DNA of 64,000 nucleotides from Lingula anatina (taxonomy: Eukaryota; Animalia; Brachiopoda): positions 12,586,001 through 12,650,000 of the forward strand of contig CM120645.1 in the NCBI GenBank assembly GCA_051362555.1. The letters run 5' to 3'. Numbering within the stretch: the first letter of the stretch is position 1; each line of letters opens with the position of its first letter. Below the pieces are notes generated by a model that was not told the origin of the DNA, made no database searches, and worked only from the letters and a program-made list of their open reading frames with translations. Positions 25,888 through 36,617 of the stretch are shown piece by piece. The position numbers and the translations under genes are program-made.

Positions 25888-28800
25888 CTGGCCTAAAACA
25901 ATTAAATTATAGGCTATCTTAGCATATGTCATCAAATAAAAATACAAAATTTGGCTAAATACTAGGCACAAAAAGTAAAAATAAAGTCAACCATGATGAA
26001 GGAGAAATTGCATGGTTATTAATGTGCATAAAAAAGGAAATAACAATGAAAATAATACCATTTAAATACTGCTTTAAAAAAAAACTTAAGTATGCACTTT
26101 AAATTGGGCTGAAACAATTTTGAAATACATGTAAAAAAATCAAAAGGTACATGTACCAACCATATTGAGATATTTCCCAGCAAAAAAAGTGGTGTATTTC
26201 TGTTTTTTGAGATACGTGATAAAAGCTCTCATCTCTGACTGATTCTGCCAGATGGGGCTACTGCAGTTCCCGTCCACGCTATTATTGACAGCACCATGGT
26301 TGTGGACACAGTTTCCAGTGAGAATACTGGATCGACTAGGGCAACACAATGGACTGGTGACAAACTGAATAATATATCAAATGGACAAATTTTAAGATTT
26401 AAGATTTTAAACATGTTTTTTCTATATAAAATTACACTTGATCATTGCAGATAAGAACCACAAAATAATGTTAGCAAAAAAAATTAAATTTATAAGTCCT
26501 GATAAACTTTGCCACTATCAATGTACTGTATGGCTCTATTCCCATAGATTTTAGATCAGTCTATCCCCGCGGGGAGTCTCACTAAATTACTTTCAGATAA
26601 TCCGACTTAAATGTCCGTCCCGCCTACTACAAGCTGTAAGGGGGTAATTAACTTTCGTGTCCGCCCGGCTGACAGCTATTTAGCGTGAACCCCCAGGGAG
26701 TTAGGTCGATCTAAAGTAGGTCGATCTAATCTATGGAAATGGGGTGTATGTCACTGTCTCCTATCAAAATATACATATATGCGGATGAACCTATTTTGGC
26801 AGAACACATTGACTCACAAAAGTGTCTCTTAATGAACTTTGTGAAAATATAGTTTCATTGGATATCAAGTTTTAGTGTTAAAAGCTTTCATTTACATTAC
26901 TGAATTCTATTATAAAGTTTTTCCTCACAGGGAGAGGAAAGGCGCAACCCTATATTTGGGACCCAGTCTCCATCTAGTTCTAGACATCCTGGCTCCTCCA
27001 TTGCAATAAGTATACATACCATGTTCCTGAAAATGATCCCTTCATCTCCAATTAACTTCTTGGTTTTTGTCATTGGTGTCTAAAAAAAAAATTGCAATAT
27101 GAGTCAATGTGCAGTATTTGAAGGTTCTAGACCCTTTAACCTGTAGCACCATTTACAGTATCTGTATATCTACTGTATTTCTTGCGCTATTAGTTCTGAC
27201 TCAAAAGATGAGTGTAACTGGAATATGTACAGTATAGGTAGTAACATGCCTGCATGCTCTTGTTTCCAGATAAATATGCATTAAAAAGACTGATTTCTTA
27301 GGATATCCCCCATTTCAAAAGGGAAAATATACTTTTTGGACATCATTTTATTATTTTCATGTTTCATCATTTGTCTATTAAAATACAAAAGTTTATATGA
27401 TAAATGACAAGACACTGTAGATGCTTCAATTCAGAATAAATCATAGAATAATGTTAATCTCTCTCTGAAGCTTTGTGTGGAAATTATGGATAATTTTGCC
27501 TTTTACCAAGATTGATTGATATTATATTTTGTATATATAATTCAAAGCAATTTCAATAAGTTTTGTTTTTAACCCTCTCACCCAGACCCTCTTTTGAGGT
27601 CAGTCCCTTGAATGGAAAGAATAAACATCAAGAAAGTTGTTTTGTGCTGAGGATACTACTGGTAGTTTAATTAATTGTGAAGTATGAACACAAGTTCATT
27701 ATATGTTGCAATAATCACAAAGCATGTACCAAATGTTTTGTACTGAACTGAAAGAATCAAATTGGTGGACAAAAAAAAAATTGTATGATCTCAAAAAACA
27801 CAAGTCTCAATGTGGCACTGGAATTGGATGGGAAAACATAACAATTACATCATTATCAGTTTTGTCTGTATCTAAATATCTCTAAATTTAAAATCTAGTC
27901 TTCATTCATCAAATATATTCCTGAAATTGTGATGGAAGTCGTCTGGGAGTTCCATTTGGATTTTTTAAAATACCAACAGTCAGTGAACTCAACCAGAAAA
28001 CCGGGTATTTTCTTTAATAAGTTAATCTCGCATTTATCTATGCAGGGGAGGATCCAGGATTATTTGAAGGAGTGATAGCGCAGATGTGAAGCCGACCCCC
28101 CCCCCCTCCAAAAAAAAAAAAAAAAAAGGCATGAGATTTGGGCCCGCTGGGAGGCCCCGAAAACTTTTGGTATTTTCGAGGGTGAACAGTGCCATTTGGT
28201 ACGGTTTAGTATCAGTACTATAAGTCAGCTAGTCAAAATTCTAATTCCAAGAGGGGAATATTAGTGGGATTTCTTTTCAGAAGCCGAAGAGGGGGTTCAG
28301 GACCCCCCTGACCCCCCCTCTAAATCCGCCTCTGTCTGTGTAGTGATTGCTTTGGATCTGCTTTCTTACGTTTACCACAGTCAACCCCTTTGACAAGACA
28401 GACAAAATATTAGTTGTATATATTTAAAAAAAAGAAAACATGCATAAATAATTTATAGCTACATGTACTAGTACATGTATCAGGTGACTCTTCAAATCAT
28501 GTGATGCAACCTACGGCACTAATAATGTACTTGATCTTTTTTCAGTTCTACATCAAGCTATGTAGGTTACAATTTTCCTTTATGCAAAATCACTTTAATG
28601 TTGATTTATCTTACATAATTTACAATATCCCTTTGCCCCTTTTTTTTTTTTTTTTTTTTTTTTTTTGTTTTATCATACTGGGTCTTAAAAGATCTCGTGA
28701 TAAAAAACAAAACAATGTTAGAAGTGCTATAAATAGTCCATTACCTCTCCTCCAATAACAGTGTCTTGATCATCTGTGAGTATGAACACGATATTTGGGG

Positions 28801-28888
28801 GACCCTTCTTGGATGCACATGTTTGCAGCACATTTAAAAGGATAAGCACCGACAGCATCGAAAAAATACCTCTCCCTCTACCTTCCAT
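11179..28888 (-). CDS. GNS: N-acetylglucosamine-6-sulfatase paralogue A (GNS-A, 507 aa, 12 exons)
   Basis: Exons 28888-28745, 27079-27020, 26364-26161, 25736-25671, 25019-24921, 24078-23908, 23701-23619, 15324-15206, 14185-14082, 13394-13179, 11921-11811, 11325-11179; all GT-AG, frame intact. Signal peptide, [12 protein letters not shown], formylglycine motif [39 protein letters not shown]: GNS-type S1 sulfatase without the SULF hydrophilic domain. Confidence 0.95.
13531..13698. mobile_element. hAT-like MITE (CAGGCC..AGCCAG termini)
   Basis: Termini CAGGCCTGTAGCCAG...CTGGCTA...GGGCCTG; homologue at 51584-51758 shares CTGGGTAAAA..TCTAGGTACATGAAG. Confidence 0.6.
14299..14499. mobile_element. 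MULE-like MITE with GTCCGAAGGTTCA subterminal repeats
   Basis: G-rich termini, inverted 15-bp repeats, flanked by direct repeat ATTTAGTG (14291-14298, 14500-14507); inverted homologue of 19537-19710. Confidence 0.7.
14897..15065. mobile_element. hAT-like MITE in GNS-A intron 8
   Basis: TIRs CAGGGGCGGAT...ATCCGCCCCTG; homologous to 953-1118; absent from the equivalent GNS-B intron. Confidence 0.7.
17708..20509. mobile_element. EnSpm/CMC-like non-autonomous element C with subterminal tandem repeats
   Basis: TIRs CCCAGCTAGAA...TTCTAGCTGGG; 2-bp TSD TT established from the empty site in copy 2 of element B (~29815); ~42-bp GACTGC repeats at 17815-18055 and 24-bp GCAGACTGCTAGGGGGGCTGCCAA repeats at 19785-20370. 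Confidence 0.8.
19537..19710. mobile_element. MULE-like MITE D
   Basis: Termini GGGGC...GCCCCC; perfect 9-bp TSD GTTTGAATA (19528-19536, 19711-19719). Confidence 0.8.
21648..21705. mobile_element. 58-bp perfectly palindromic mini-insertion
   Basis: CCCTTACGAAAAAG(TCCTATAGGA)3CTTTTTCGTAAGGG with a 2-bp AC duplication relative to the neighbouring repeat units. Confidence 0.75.
22062..22404. mobile_element. Kolobok-like MITE family A, intact copy
   Basis: TTAA TSD, AGGGATAATAACTCTT TIR; empty site visible in the paralogous sequence near 1725. Confidence 0.85.
25190..25620. repeat. Degenerate CATG/TGTGACC tandem repeat in GNS intron 4, shared with GNS-B 59350-59520
   Basis: Repeated TGTGACCCATGACATG-like units in both paralogues; GNS-A copy is interrupted by a CAGGCC...GGCCTG segment starting at 25388. 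Confidence 0.6.
26530..26748. mobile_element. MITE in GNS-A intron 2
   Basis: Imperfect TIRs (CTATTCCCATAGATTTTAGATC / GATCTAATCTATGGAAATGG); superfamily unclear. Confidence 0.5.
28043..28334. mobile_element. hAT-like MITE in GNS-A intron 1
   Basis: Termini CAGGGGAGGAT...ATCCGCCTCTG; related to 9648-9883. Confidence 0.55.
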
Positions 28889-29197
28889 TCTACCTGTAGA
28901 AGTACCCGTGACGTGACAAGTGGGCGGAGCGTTGTTACGCACAATGCTTGGGGGACAAATGTGATGCGACTCCCGGTTTTCCTACCCTATTTTCTAGATT
29001 CCGGTATTGCCAGCTCGATCTTGATTTCATATATAACCCATAGCAGCAATACAAGCAATACTAGTAAAAATGACTCCAAGGTATATTTAATATTTACAAG
29101 CTAATTTTTACGTTGCTCTGACACTCAGGGTAGGTTTTCCCCATACTTTATAATGGACGGATGATAAAAAATTGCTCGTCAAAAACAGCTCGTTTTG

Positions 29198-29198
<1 letters not shown>

Positions 29199-29258
<60 letters not shown>
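29199..29258. repeat. (TA)n microsatellite; others: (TA)n 40530-40591, (CA)n 25851-25886 and 34358-34393, (GA)n 39792-39829
   Basis: Seen directly. Confidence 0.9.
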
Positions 29259-29260
<2 letters not shown>

Positions 29261-29550
29261 ACTTTTTACTTCACAGCAGGATAAGAGTATGAGGAGGGAC
29301 TAACCCCAGAATCACAGAAGAGATATAAAGAGAAACTGGAGCTTAGCATTTTGGAGATTTGTCCATACAAATTTCCCCGCAGTTGCTTAGGTGAACGATC
29401 GAAAGGACAGTGAAAGGAGTGACCAGAACGTGTGGTTGCCTTAGGGCCTTAATATAAATCAGTATTAAGGGGTGGGGGTGGGGGAATACAGGATTATTTA
29501 AATAGAACCACAATAACCTAGATCTATATTAGATAAATTCATAAATTTAA

Positions 29551-32010
29551 AGGACAATGTTCATGTAAAAATCCATTTCTCGAATTTTGAAGATACAGCA
29601 CTCAATCTATACACTAGATGTATGTTTTAATCGATCCCCGCCATTTAAAAATTATAAAAACAATCTATTAGTAGAAAAAAAAGCGTTTTAGTAAACCTCA
29701 CCTCAATATGCAAAAATGAAGCAACAGATCTGGGTCACGTGGTACTGTGACGACAATCACGATAAAGGTCTATGAGACCCAACTGAGCTGCATGGTGCTT
29801 ACAGACGGAGAAGTTAAGGAAAGTTGTGTTGAACGGAGTTGAGGAATTTGCGTTATGCCTCGGTGTGTTGCCGTGGGATTCACCAAAATTGCAGCTCTCG
29901 TTGACAATCTTTCTTTGTCTGTGAAGGTCTTCTGTGACTTACTTATTAACTTTGGTGACAATAGTTGCGATGCTCTAGATCATGGTCACCTCAGGTGGTT
30001 TAGATCATATCAAGAGCTGGTAGTCTTTCAGATTAACTGTCATCAGTTGGCAAACTTACTGATTGCTGATGCATTTTAAATGCATTGTAGTTGACCAAAA
30101 GCTCATTTACAACAAACCTGTTAATTATGCACCGCTGCAATTCCCAAGCCAGGTAATAACAGGTATGAAACTCGTCTTGGTGGGCTTTCATATTTTTCAA
30201 TATATCTCATTTATTTCATGGGGTTATTTTATTGGTATTTGTAAATGACGTTAAATATCAATACTTAAACAATTAAGTTCAAACACGGTCGCGAACATTA
30301 ATAAAAGAAATTGCTCTCAGGGTATCTTGAAGCTTCCGTGGAAGAAAACGTGTTGAGGAAAAACAGGAAAAAGAGCGTTATATTAAAGAAAAAATGGGAA
30401 CTGCTATAATAAAATGGTTCGTTATCCTAATTCGTTTATGCTTTGAAGATTTGTTTCTGAAGATTATTTCATCTGAAATATTAAATAATTTAAAAGATTG
30501 ATTATTTTATAACTTGAAACGCAAATTCTGCGTCAGTACGCAAATTTTTTTTTGCAAATTTGTAAGCTTATAACACCGTGCTATAAAGATCTACTCAAGA
30601 ATAAAATTTGCTTGGGTAAAATTGAGTACGGAATGAACTGGAGACACTTGGCTTGTCATTAAGTTTACACGAAAATATGTCAGGTAACTTTATACTGTCT
30701 TTGAAAGAGTAAAGATTGAAAGATAATTTTAGACAAACTTTGACGGGGGAAATACCTACAAAGAGTAATGGGCTATTTCGCCAACATCTTGTTGAAAATT
30801 TTACACTGCAATTCTATTCAAATAAGCTAAGGCACTAATTGCCAAATTAATACTCTCATCACATAACAGGGGGGTAACCAGACCTGCAAAAATTGTACGC
30901 ACATATTTAAAAAGATTACAAGCACATACAGCAAAATGTAGACTTACGCAAAACATGAAGGACAGCGTAATCACAGCAAATGTACCTCATATAGTAGCTT
31001 AATTTCCATTAATAATAAAATCATCATTTAAGTCAAAAATATTCTTGCGATTTAATAACTATTTTAATTTACCCAGAACGGTGTATTTATTTTAAAGGCG
31101 GTTAACTGAAATATAGTTTTATGATTTGTTTGTGAAAATTGCCCATGTCACCCTGTTAGTTTGGAGGTCTAAGCTGGATCAAGTCCGTGTTAAAATTCCT
31201 ATGAAGTTGTGCAGGAAAAATTTTTCCTTTCTTTCTCTAGCTCCTCGATAAACCTGGTGTTCAGATTTTATCTAGTACCCCCAGGTCTACGGGAGCTGCG
31301 CTTTGTAACTAAAGCACAGGTAGATTTTTACCTGAGATAACTGGAGTAAAGCTTAGATAGAGAGTGCGTTCGATACAAGCAAGACAAATTGAATGCCATT
31401 TAACCCTCTAATTAAGAGGTAAAGGAAGTTCCAGTTAGATGGATGATTAAGATAGGACTTGTAAAGGTAACGGGCATTGTTTACCTCAGTTTAATAAAAG
31501 TATGCAAGACGGAGTGTCAGCGGTTTAATAAAATAAATTGAATTTCACAAATAACATGGACCTCATATGCAATAATCAACATTTCCCTTAACTCATTCAA
31601 ATGGAGTGTTTTATACAACTTGGGATAACATAATGAAATGCTTGTTAAAGAAATGACTAGACGGGAAATGGTTTTACACAGCTTCACGAGGATTTAGACC
31701 CCTCGGGTAAGAGATTTGAATGAGTATAAACTTTTATCAGAAGCCAGAGAAGTCATCTTACAGGTAGACAATGCAGCTCAGTTTGACAGCTAAGCACGCT
31801 CTGTTCTCCAGTGGCTCGATTGTCGTCATTGGACCACGTGACCACGTAGCTCATTAACTCCCAGGCCGAGCAAATAGGACGTTTTTTAAAGCCAAAAATT
31901 TACAAAACGAGCTTTTTTTTTGTGTATTTGGATAAAGATATCGTTAGTTGGGCATGTTTTCTGAAGAATATGTTCCGTTCAGGCCATTCTGACGGCATGA
32001 AGCAAACCCT
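29551..32010. mobile_element. Kolobok-like non-autonomous element B, copy 2 (2460 bp), ~660 bp upstream of GNS-A
   Basis: TTAA|AGGACAATGTTCATG...CATGAAGCAAACCCT|TTAA; inverted homologue of 15743-20771 lacking element C. Confidence 0.85.
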
Positions 32011-34245
32011 TTAAACTTATAATTACGCCTTTCCCTAATATCCACCTTCTCAAGTGACGTATCGTTTAAAACCGTGGAAATAAGCGCCCCTGATCGTTGT
32101 AGATCTAGAGATGATATGTTTGGTTAGCGATGAATTGTTGCTAGGGCCAAAAAATATGCGACGTCATACATGTGTAGTAGAAATTACGTCATATACACAT
32201 GATGTCAGTGCATGGGCCCTTGCATTATTGACGTGGCATTGTTTTATAAGTATTCAAAATTTCCAATGTCTGAAAGCGAGGAAATGAATAACTTAAATGC
32301 CACCCTTTATTGTTCTTTACACATTTTTAAAGAAGATGCCCTCCAACCATGTGGATATTTTGTTCATATGGGTGACAAAAATAGAATTGTCAGCTGCATA
32401 CCTATACGTCATTTATCACCTCCTGAAAGTGTGAAGTCAAGTTGACTCATGCGTTAAGTTTATGCTCAGCATCATACGCTATATAAGTCTTATTTGAAAA
32501 GTAAAAGCTCAGGAATCATGATATGATGCTTAGTGCAACGTCATTGTGAAAGACCAGTTTTAAATGCGTTAAGCTGCCACAACCTCCCTCTCCGATGACA
32601 CATAGTCAAGGTGAGGAAGATAACTTCACGAGATCATAAATAAAACTGTCATGATTTCTAAACTTGGCCTTCCTGTCATCTTCGATAAGGAAAAGAACAT
32701 TCAGGCGTCGCTATTTTTTAGTAAATGACAAACTTCATGATAACAGATTGGATGAGGACGCGACTCATATTTATTTAGGCGACACAAAAGATAAAAAAAA
32801 TGACAGATTTGTGGTACATTCTACGGTTCATGACCTGCATTTATATTTTTAAAACTGCCCAAGGCAAAGAGTTGCACAGAGTTTAACGTGTCACAGCACT
32901 CCGTATACGAGTACATGCAGGCCTACATGCATTTAGCACGTCAATGCATTATCGACATTTGTCCACGAGCACGCTGGGCAGCATGGCTGCATAGAGTAGG
33001 ACGCTGAACTGAAAATTACCTGGAAGAAGAGGTAAATGAATATTGCTCTATTCATAACACTCTGTGATCAATGACACGTAGAAGGCAGTTTTGTGTGTAT
33101 GTCATAGCAAAAAGAAAAAAAAACTAGAGCTGGACGGCATTTATATACTGGAGGTAGTCCTACAAATGTATCATAGCACAGAACCCTACATACAGTGTAT
33201 ATATTATAGAACTGCATATATACTTCATCGTAGCAGGAGGGATCCAAGATGAGAGTGTATACATGTATATATCTGTACCATTGAGAGTTATTATTTTAAA
33301 AGGTCAACGCTAAAAGAAGCTTGTCTTTATATCAGATTGATAATAGCGTCCATATTATTCATAATGTCAACAACTCAGCGCGAAGTTATTTAGTTCAACC
33401 ACATTAATGATAATGATCAGATGTTTGCATTTAAGTGACTACTGCTTAGCGTCAAAAAGTGTCAAAAATGTAATGAAGTCTACGGACACGTATTATGTAT
33501 AAACCATGATTTGAAACAAATAAGAATGATTATTTTACTATTTGAAAGGTATGTTTTCCTTACTGCAAGGCGGAATTTTATTGTACATGAGACAGTAAGA
33601 TGGGCCGCGCTGCATGATTTAACGTACGGTGTTTCACAAAGTCATTCTAATAGCCACGTACAAATGTTGTTTGTCATTACAACTGTTGCAAAATGTGTGT
33701 AGATTTATAGGCGAATAACTTCCAGTTTTATTCACTCATAGCATATTTACAAAATAATGTAAACCTTCCTAAAAACGATGAAGTATTCTCTGTGCAGTAT
33801 AGGTCAATGCATGTATATTGAAAACTCATTTTGCTTTGATTGAAAGGAAATAATGGTTGATTTGTCGTGAAATATAATATCCGAAAAATGTGCTTCAGAA
33901 GTAGGCATGTGATTGATAATGAAAACAGTGAAGACACGATTGTGACGTACACGTAGTGTAGTCTTGTCGCAACTAAAGCATTTGATGTAGCGGGAATATT
34001 TATTTGATTATTATTCTTTATATTAATTTTCTTTTTTTATTGTTATTGAAAGAAAGTTTTACAGAGTAATACATCAGACTTTTAAACAGAGTAATTTTGC
34101 ATGAAATCAGTTATTTCTTATTAACGGCTTCTCTGTTTAGGCTGATACCTAATTTACGGGCAGCTAGGATCCAAAGTTTCCTGCGACGTGCTTTAAGTTG
34201 GGATGATCCAGCAGAGTGTATAGTAGAGTACGATATGGTTACATC

Positions 34246-34339
34246 ATGGCATCCAATGCCACTGCCCTTTTCAACACCAGCAGTTATGATGAGGGTAAGA
34301 ATGAACAGTGCTCCCTCTCTCTCCCTCCCCCTCCCCCCC

Positions 34340-34395
<56 letters not shown>

Positions 34396-36205
34396 GACAG
34401 AAAGACATTTGATTCTCGTGTTTTATGTACAAGTCAGACACTGAAGAAGCACATGAACAATGTTTCTTAGAAGAACAACTTAATTCGTTTTTTTTTATTT
34501 GTAGATCCGCTACTCGACGGTGAACTGTGGTCAACGTACTTAAATGGCGGTATATTTGCTGCAGTGCTTTTTGTTGTAATCGTTCTTGGTACCGTTATAC
34601 TCTTAAAATTACATGGATTACGGACACAACCAGGGTAATGAATTCATATTTTTCTCATAAATAACTAACGATACAGAAAATAGTGCCAGTACACGTAATT
34701 TCAGTACTTAGGAATAAGTTATTTATTCGTTAAAGAAACACGTTATCAAGAGTAGGCATTTAATGTCGGAAGTTGACCTATATTAATACACGGTACAGGT
34801 ACATGTAGCTTGCTGCACGTAAGATAGCTTTTCAACTTGCTCTCTCACTTTTTCCTTATACGTTTACACTGCCTTCTGCACTAGCCGGTACACCTCTTTT
34901 CCTATAATTTGAAATATATGAACATTTAATTTGGTTTTACTCTGAAATATCTCGGGTGTGGACAATTTACCTTTGCCATCCATATCTTCTGGATCCGCCA
35001 TTGCGGTTATACCATGTATGGTTAACAAATTCAGTTACATTTGCAGGTGTCAAGAAGTGTGCGAAAAAGAGCGGTATGAAACAGATGGAAAAACGAAGGT
35101 AAATGCTTTTTATAATATGTTTGAAATCTATATAAAAATAAAATAAAATAAAATAAAATAGAGACACGTAAAAACGCAATTCTGACATCATGCATTCCAT
35201 GCATATTGTTTTGTTTGCCCACGATTTGGGGGATTTTTACTTATTCTTAAAGGTACATACGAACCGAGCATTGGTGGAGTGTGGATTCTGAGTAACACAT
35301 GTAAACCACTTCTACTAGATTCTTATATGACTCAAATAAATTCGACATGCCAAGGGATAAACTGAATAGATCACTCGGTCAGCCATAAAAGACCTTTAGA
35401 CTGCTCCTTTCTTTAAATTTATGGTTGTAAATTTAACCTACTTCCGTGACCTACTTTCCTGCCCCATTGACATACAGTACAGCTTAGAATGCCAGCAGAA
35501 AAATCTGTTCAAACATCATTTTCGGGTAAAATTAAACAATGCCTTTTGGTAATTCTCTTAGTTATACTACTTGAAACTATATGCTGGCATTTGGTTGGTT
35601 TTTGTGACAAAAAATTGACTTTGTTTGCATCTTTAATGATACATGTATTAATCTATAGCATCCTCAATACTCTCGCTCTCTGTTTGACTCAAATTATTTT
35701 ATTTTGGATATATCTTATGTAAAAAAAAATGGGGTCGTATGCGCTCGCGTGATCGCTAAAGTTAACCAACGGGCAAAATCAATGTTGTTTGTCTTTGCAG
35801 GAAAAAGGCAATGATGGGCAGGTGCTGCCGCCTAGCGCCGAAACAGAAACGGCAAGCGCAAGCCGCGAGAAAACGCCCCCGGTGAATGACGTAAAAGTAA
35901 CCACTCCCTTGTCTCTGTCCCCACTCAAAGCCGGGTATTACTATTACAGTTTCCATGGCGATGACCCGGATCTACAAGGTTTTGGTGACAATGGAAATAT
36001 TTATGCAAATGGCGACATAGTCCGCGCCTATAATTTGGAGACTGGTTCATTAGACCACAAGATATTGAGTAGGTCTTTAAAACGAATGGTATCTGAGATC
36101 AAGGAAATCCGAGGTCAGGACAACACAGACACAGAAAGTGCCCAGAATTCATCAGGGAGTGTATCAGTAGATGGCATTGTAACAGAGCTACGTGACGTAA
36201 CGTGA
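34246..36205 (+). CDS. Uncharacterised single-pass (type III-like) membrane protein, 211 aa, 4 coding exons
   Basis: Exons 34246-34294, 34505-34634, 35047-35098, 35801-36205 join in frame through GT-AG junctions with matching phases (1,2,0): MASNATALFNTSSYDEDPLLDGELWSTYLN-GGIFAAVLFVVIVLGTVILL-KLHGLRTQPGCQEVCEKERY...GYYYYSF...NIYANG...ELRDVT*. AATAAA at 36417; upstream acceptor at 34140 and candidate non-coding exon donor at 33032. Confidence 0.75.
35251..35632. mobile_element. Kolobok-like MITE family E in intron 3 of the membrane-protein gene
   Basis: TTAA|AGGTACATA...TTTGCATCT|TTAA; colinear with GNS-B intron 2 (58322-58709). Confidence 0.7.
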
Positions 36206-36617
36206 GACCACGTGCTCGTAAACTTAACAAAATGACAACTGTTGAAAATACGTTTTTTTAAAGTAGGTAGGCCTATATGTAGCCCGGTGCAGTGAACTAA
36301 TACATGAATGTGCTGTCAGCTCTTTGTATAATATATAAAATGTAAAAAAACTAGAAAGAGGTGGCCGTCCCCTCCTTGCACTGCAGTTATCTTTTGCTCT
36401 CCTATTTTTTTATTCAAATAAAGATTTTTGCGGTAAGCGTATAGGCCAAACAGTTTTTTTTTAAGTTCCAAAGAATAATTTGATTTGCAGGTTATTTATT
36501 GATCTCTCGTATATGATCTAAACATGCCACACAATGTTCAGCAATGAATGACAATAAATGACCATTTTAAAGCAAGAACGGTGTCCAGATTCTTTTCAAT
36601 TTTTCAGACGAATCCCA

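Noticed and set aside
11179-28888. GNS-A as a pseudogene or uncollapsed haplotype of GNS-B
   Set aside because: All 12 exons are in frame with canonical splice sites and catalytic motifs; introns and exon 1 are too divergent for alleles.
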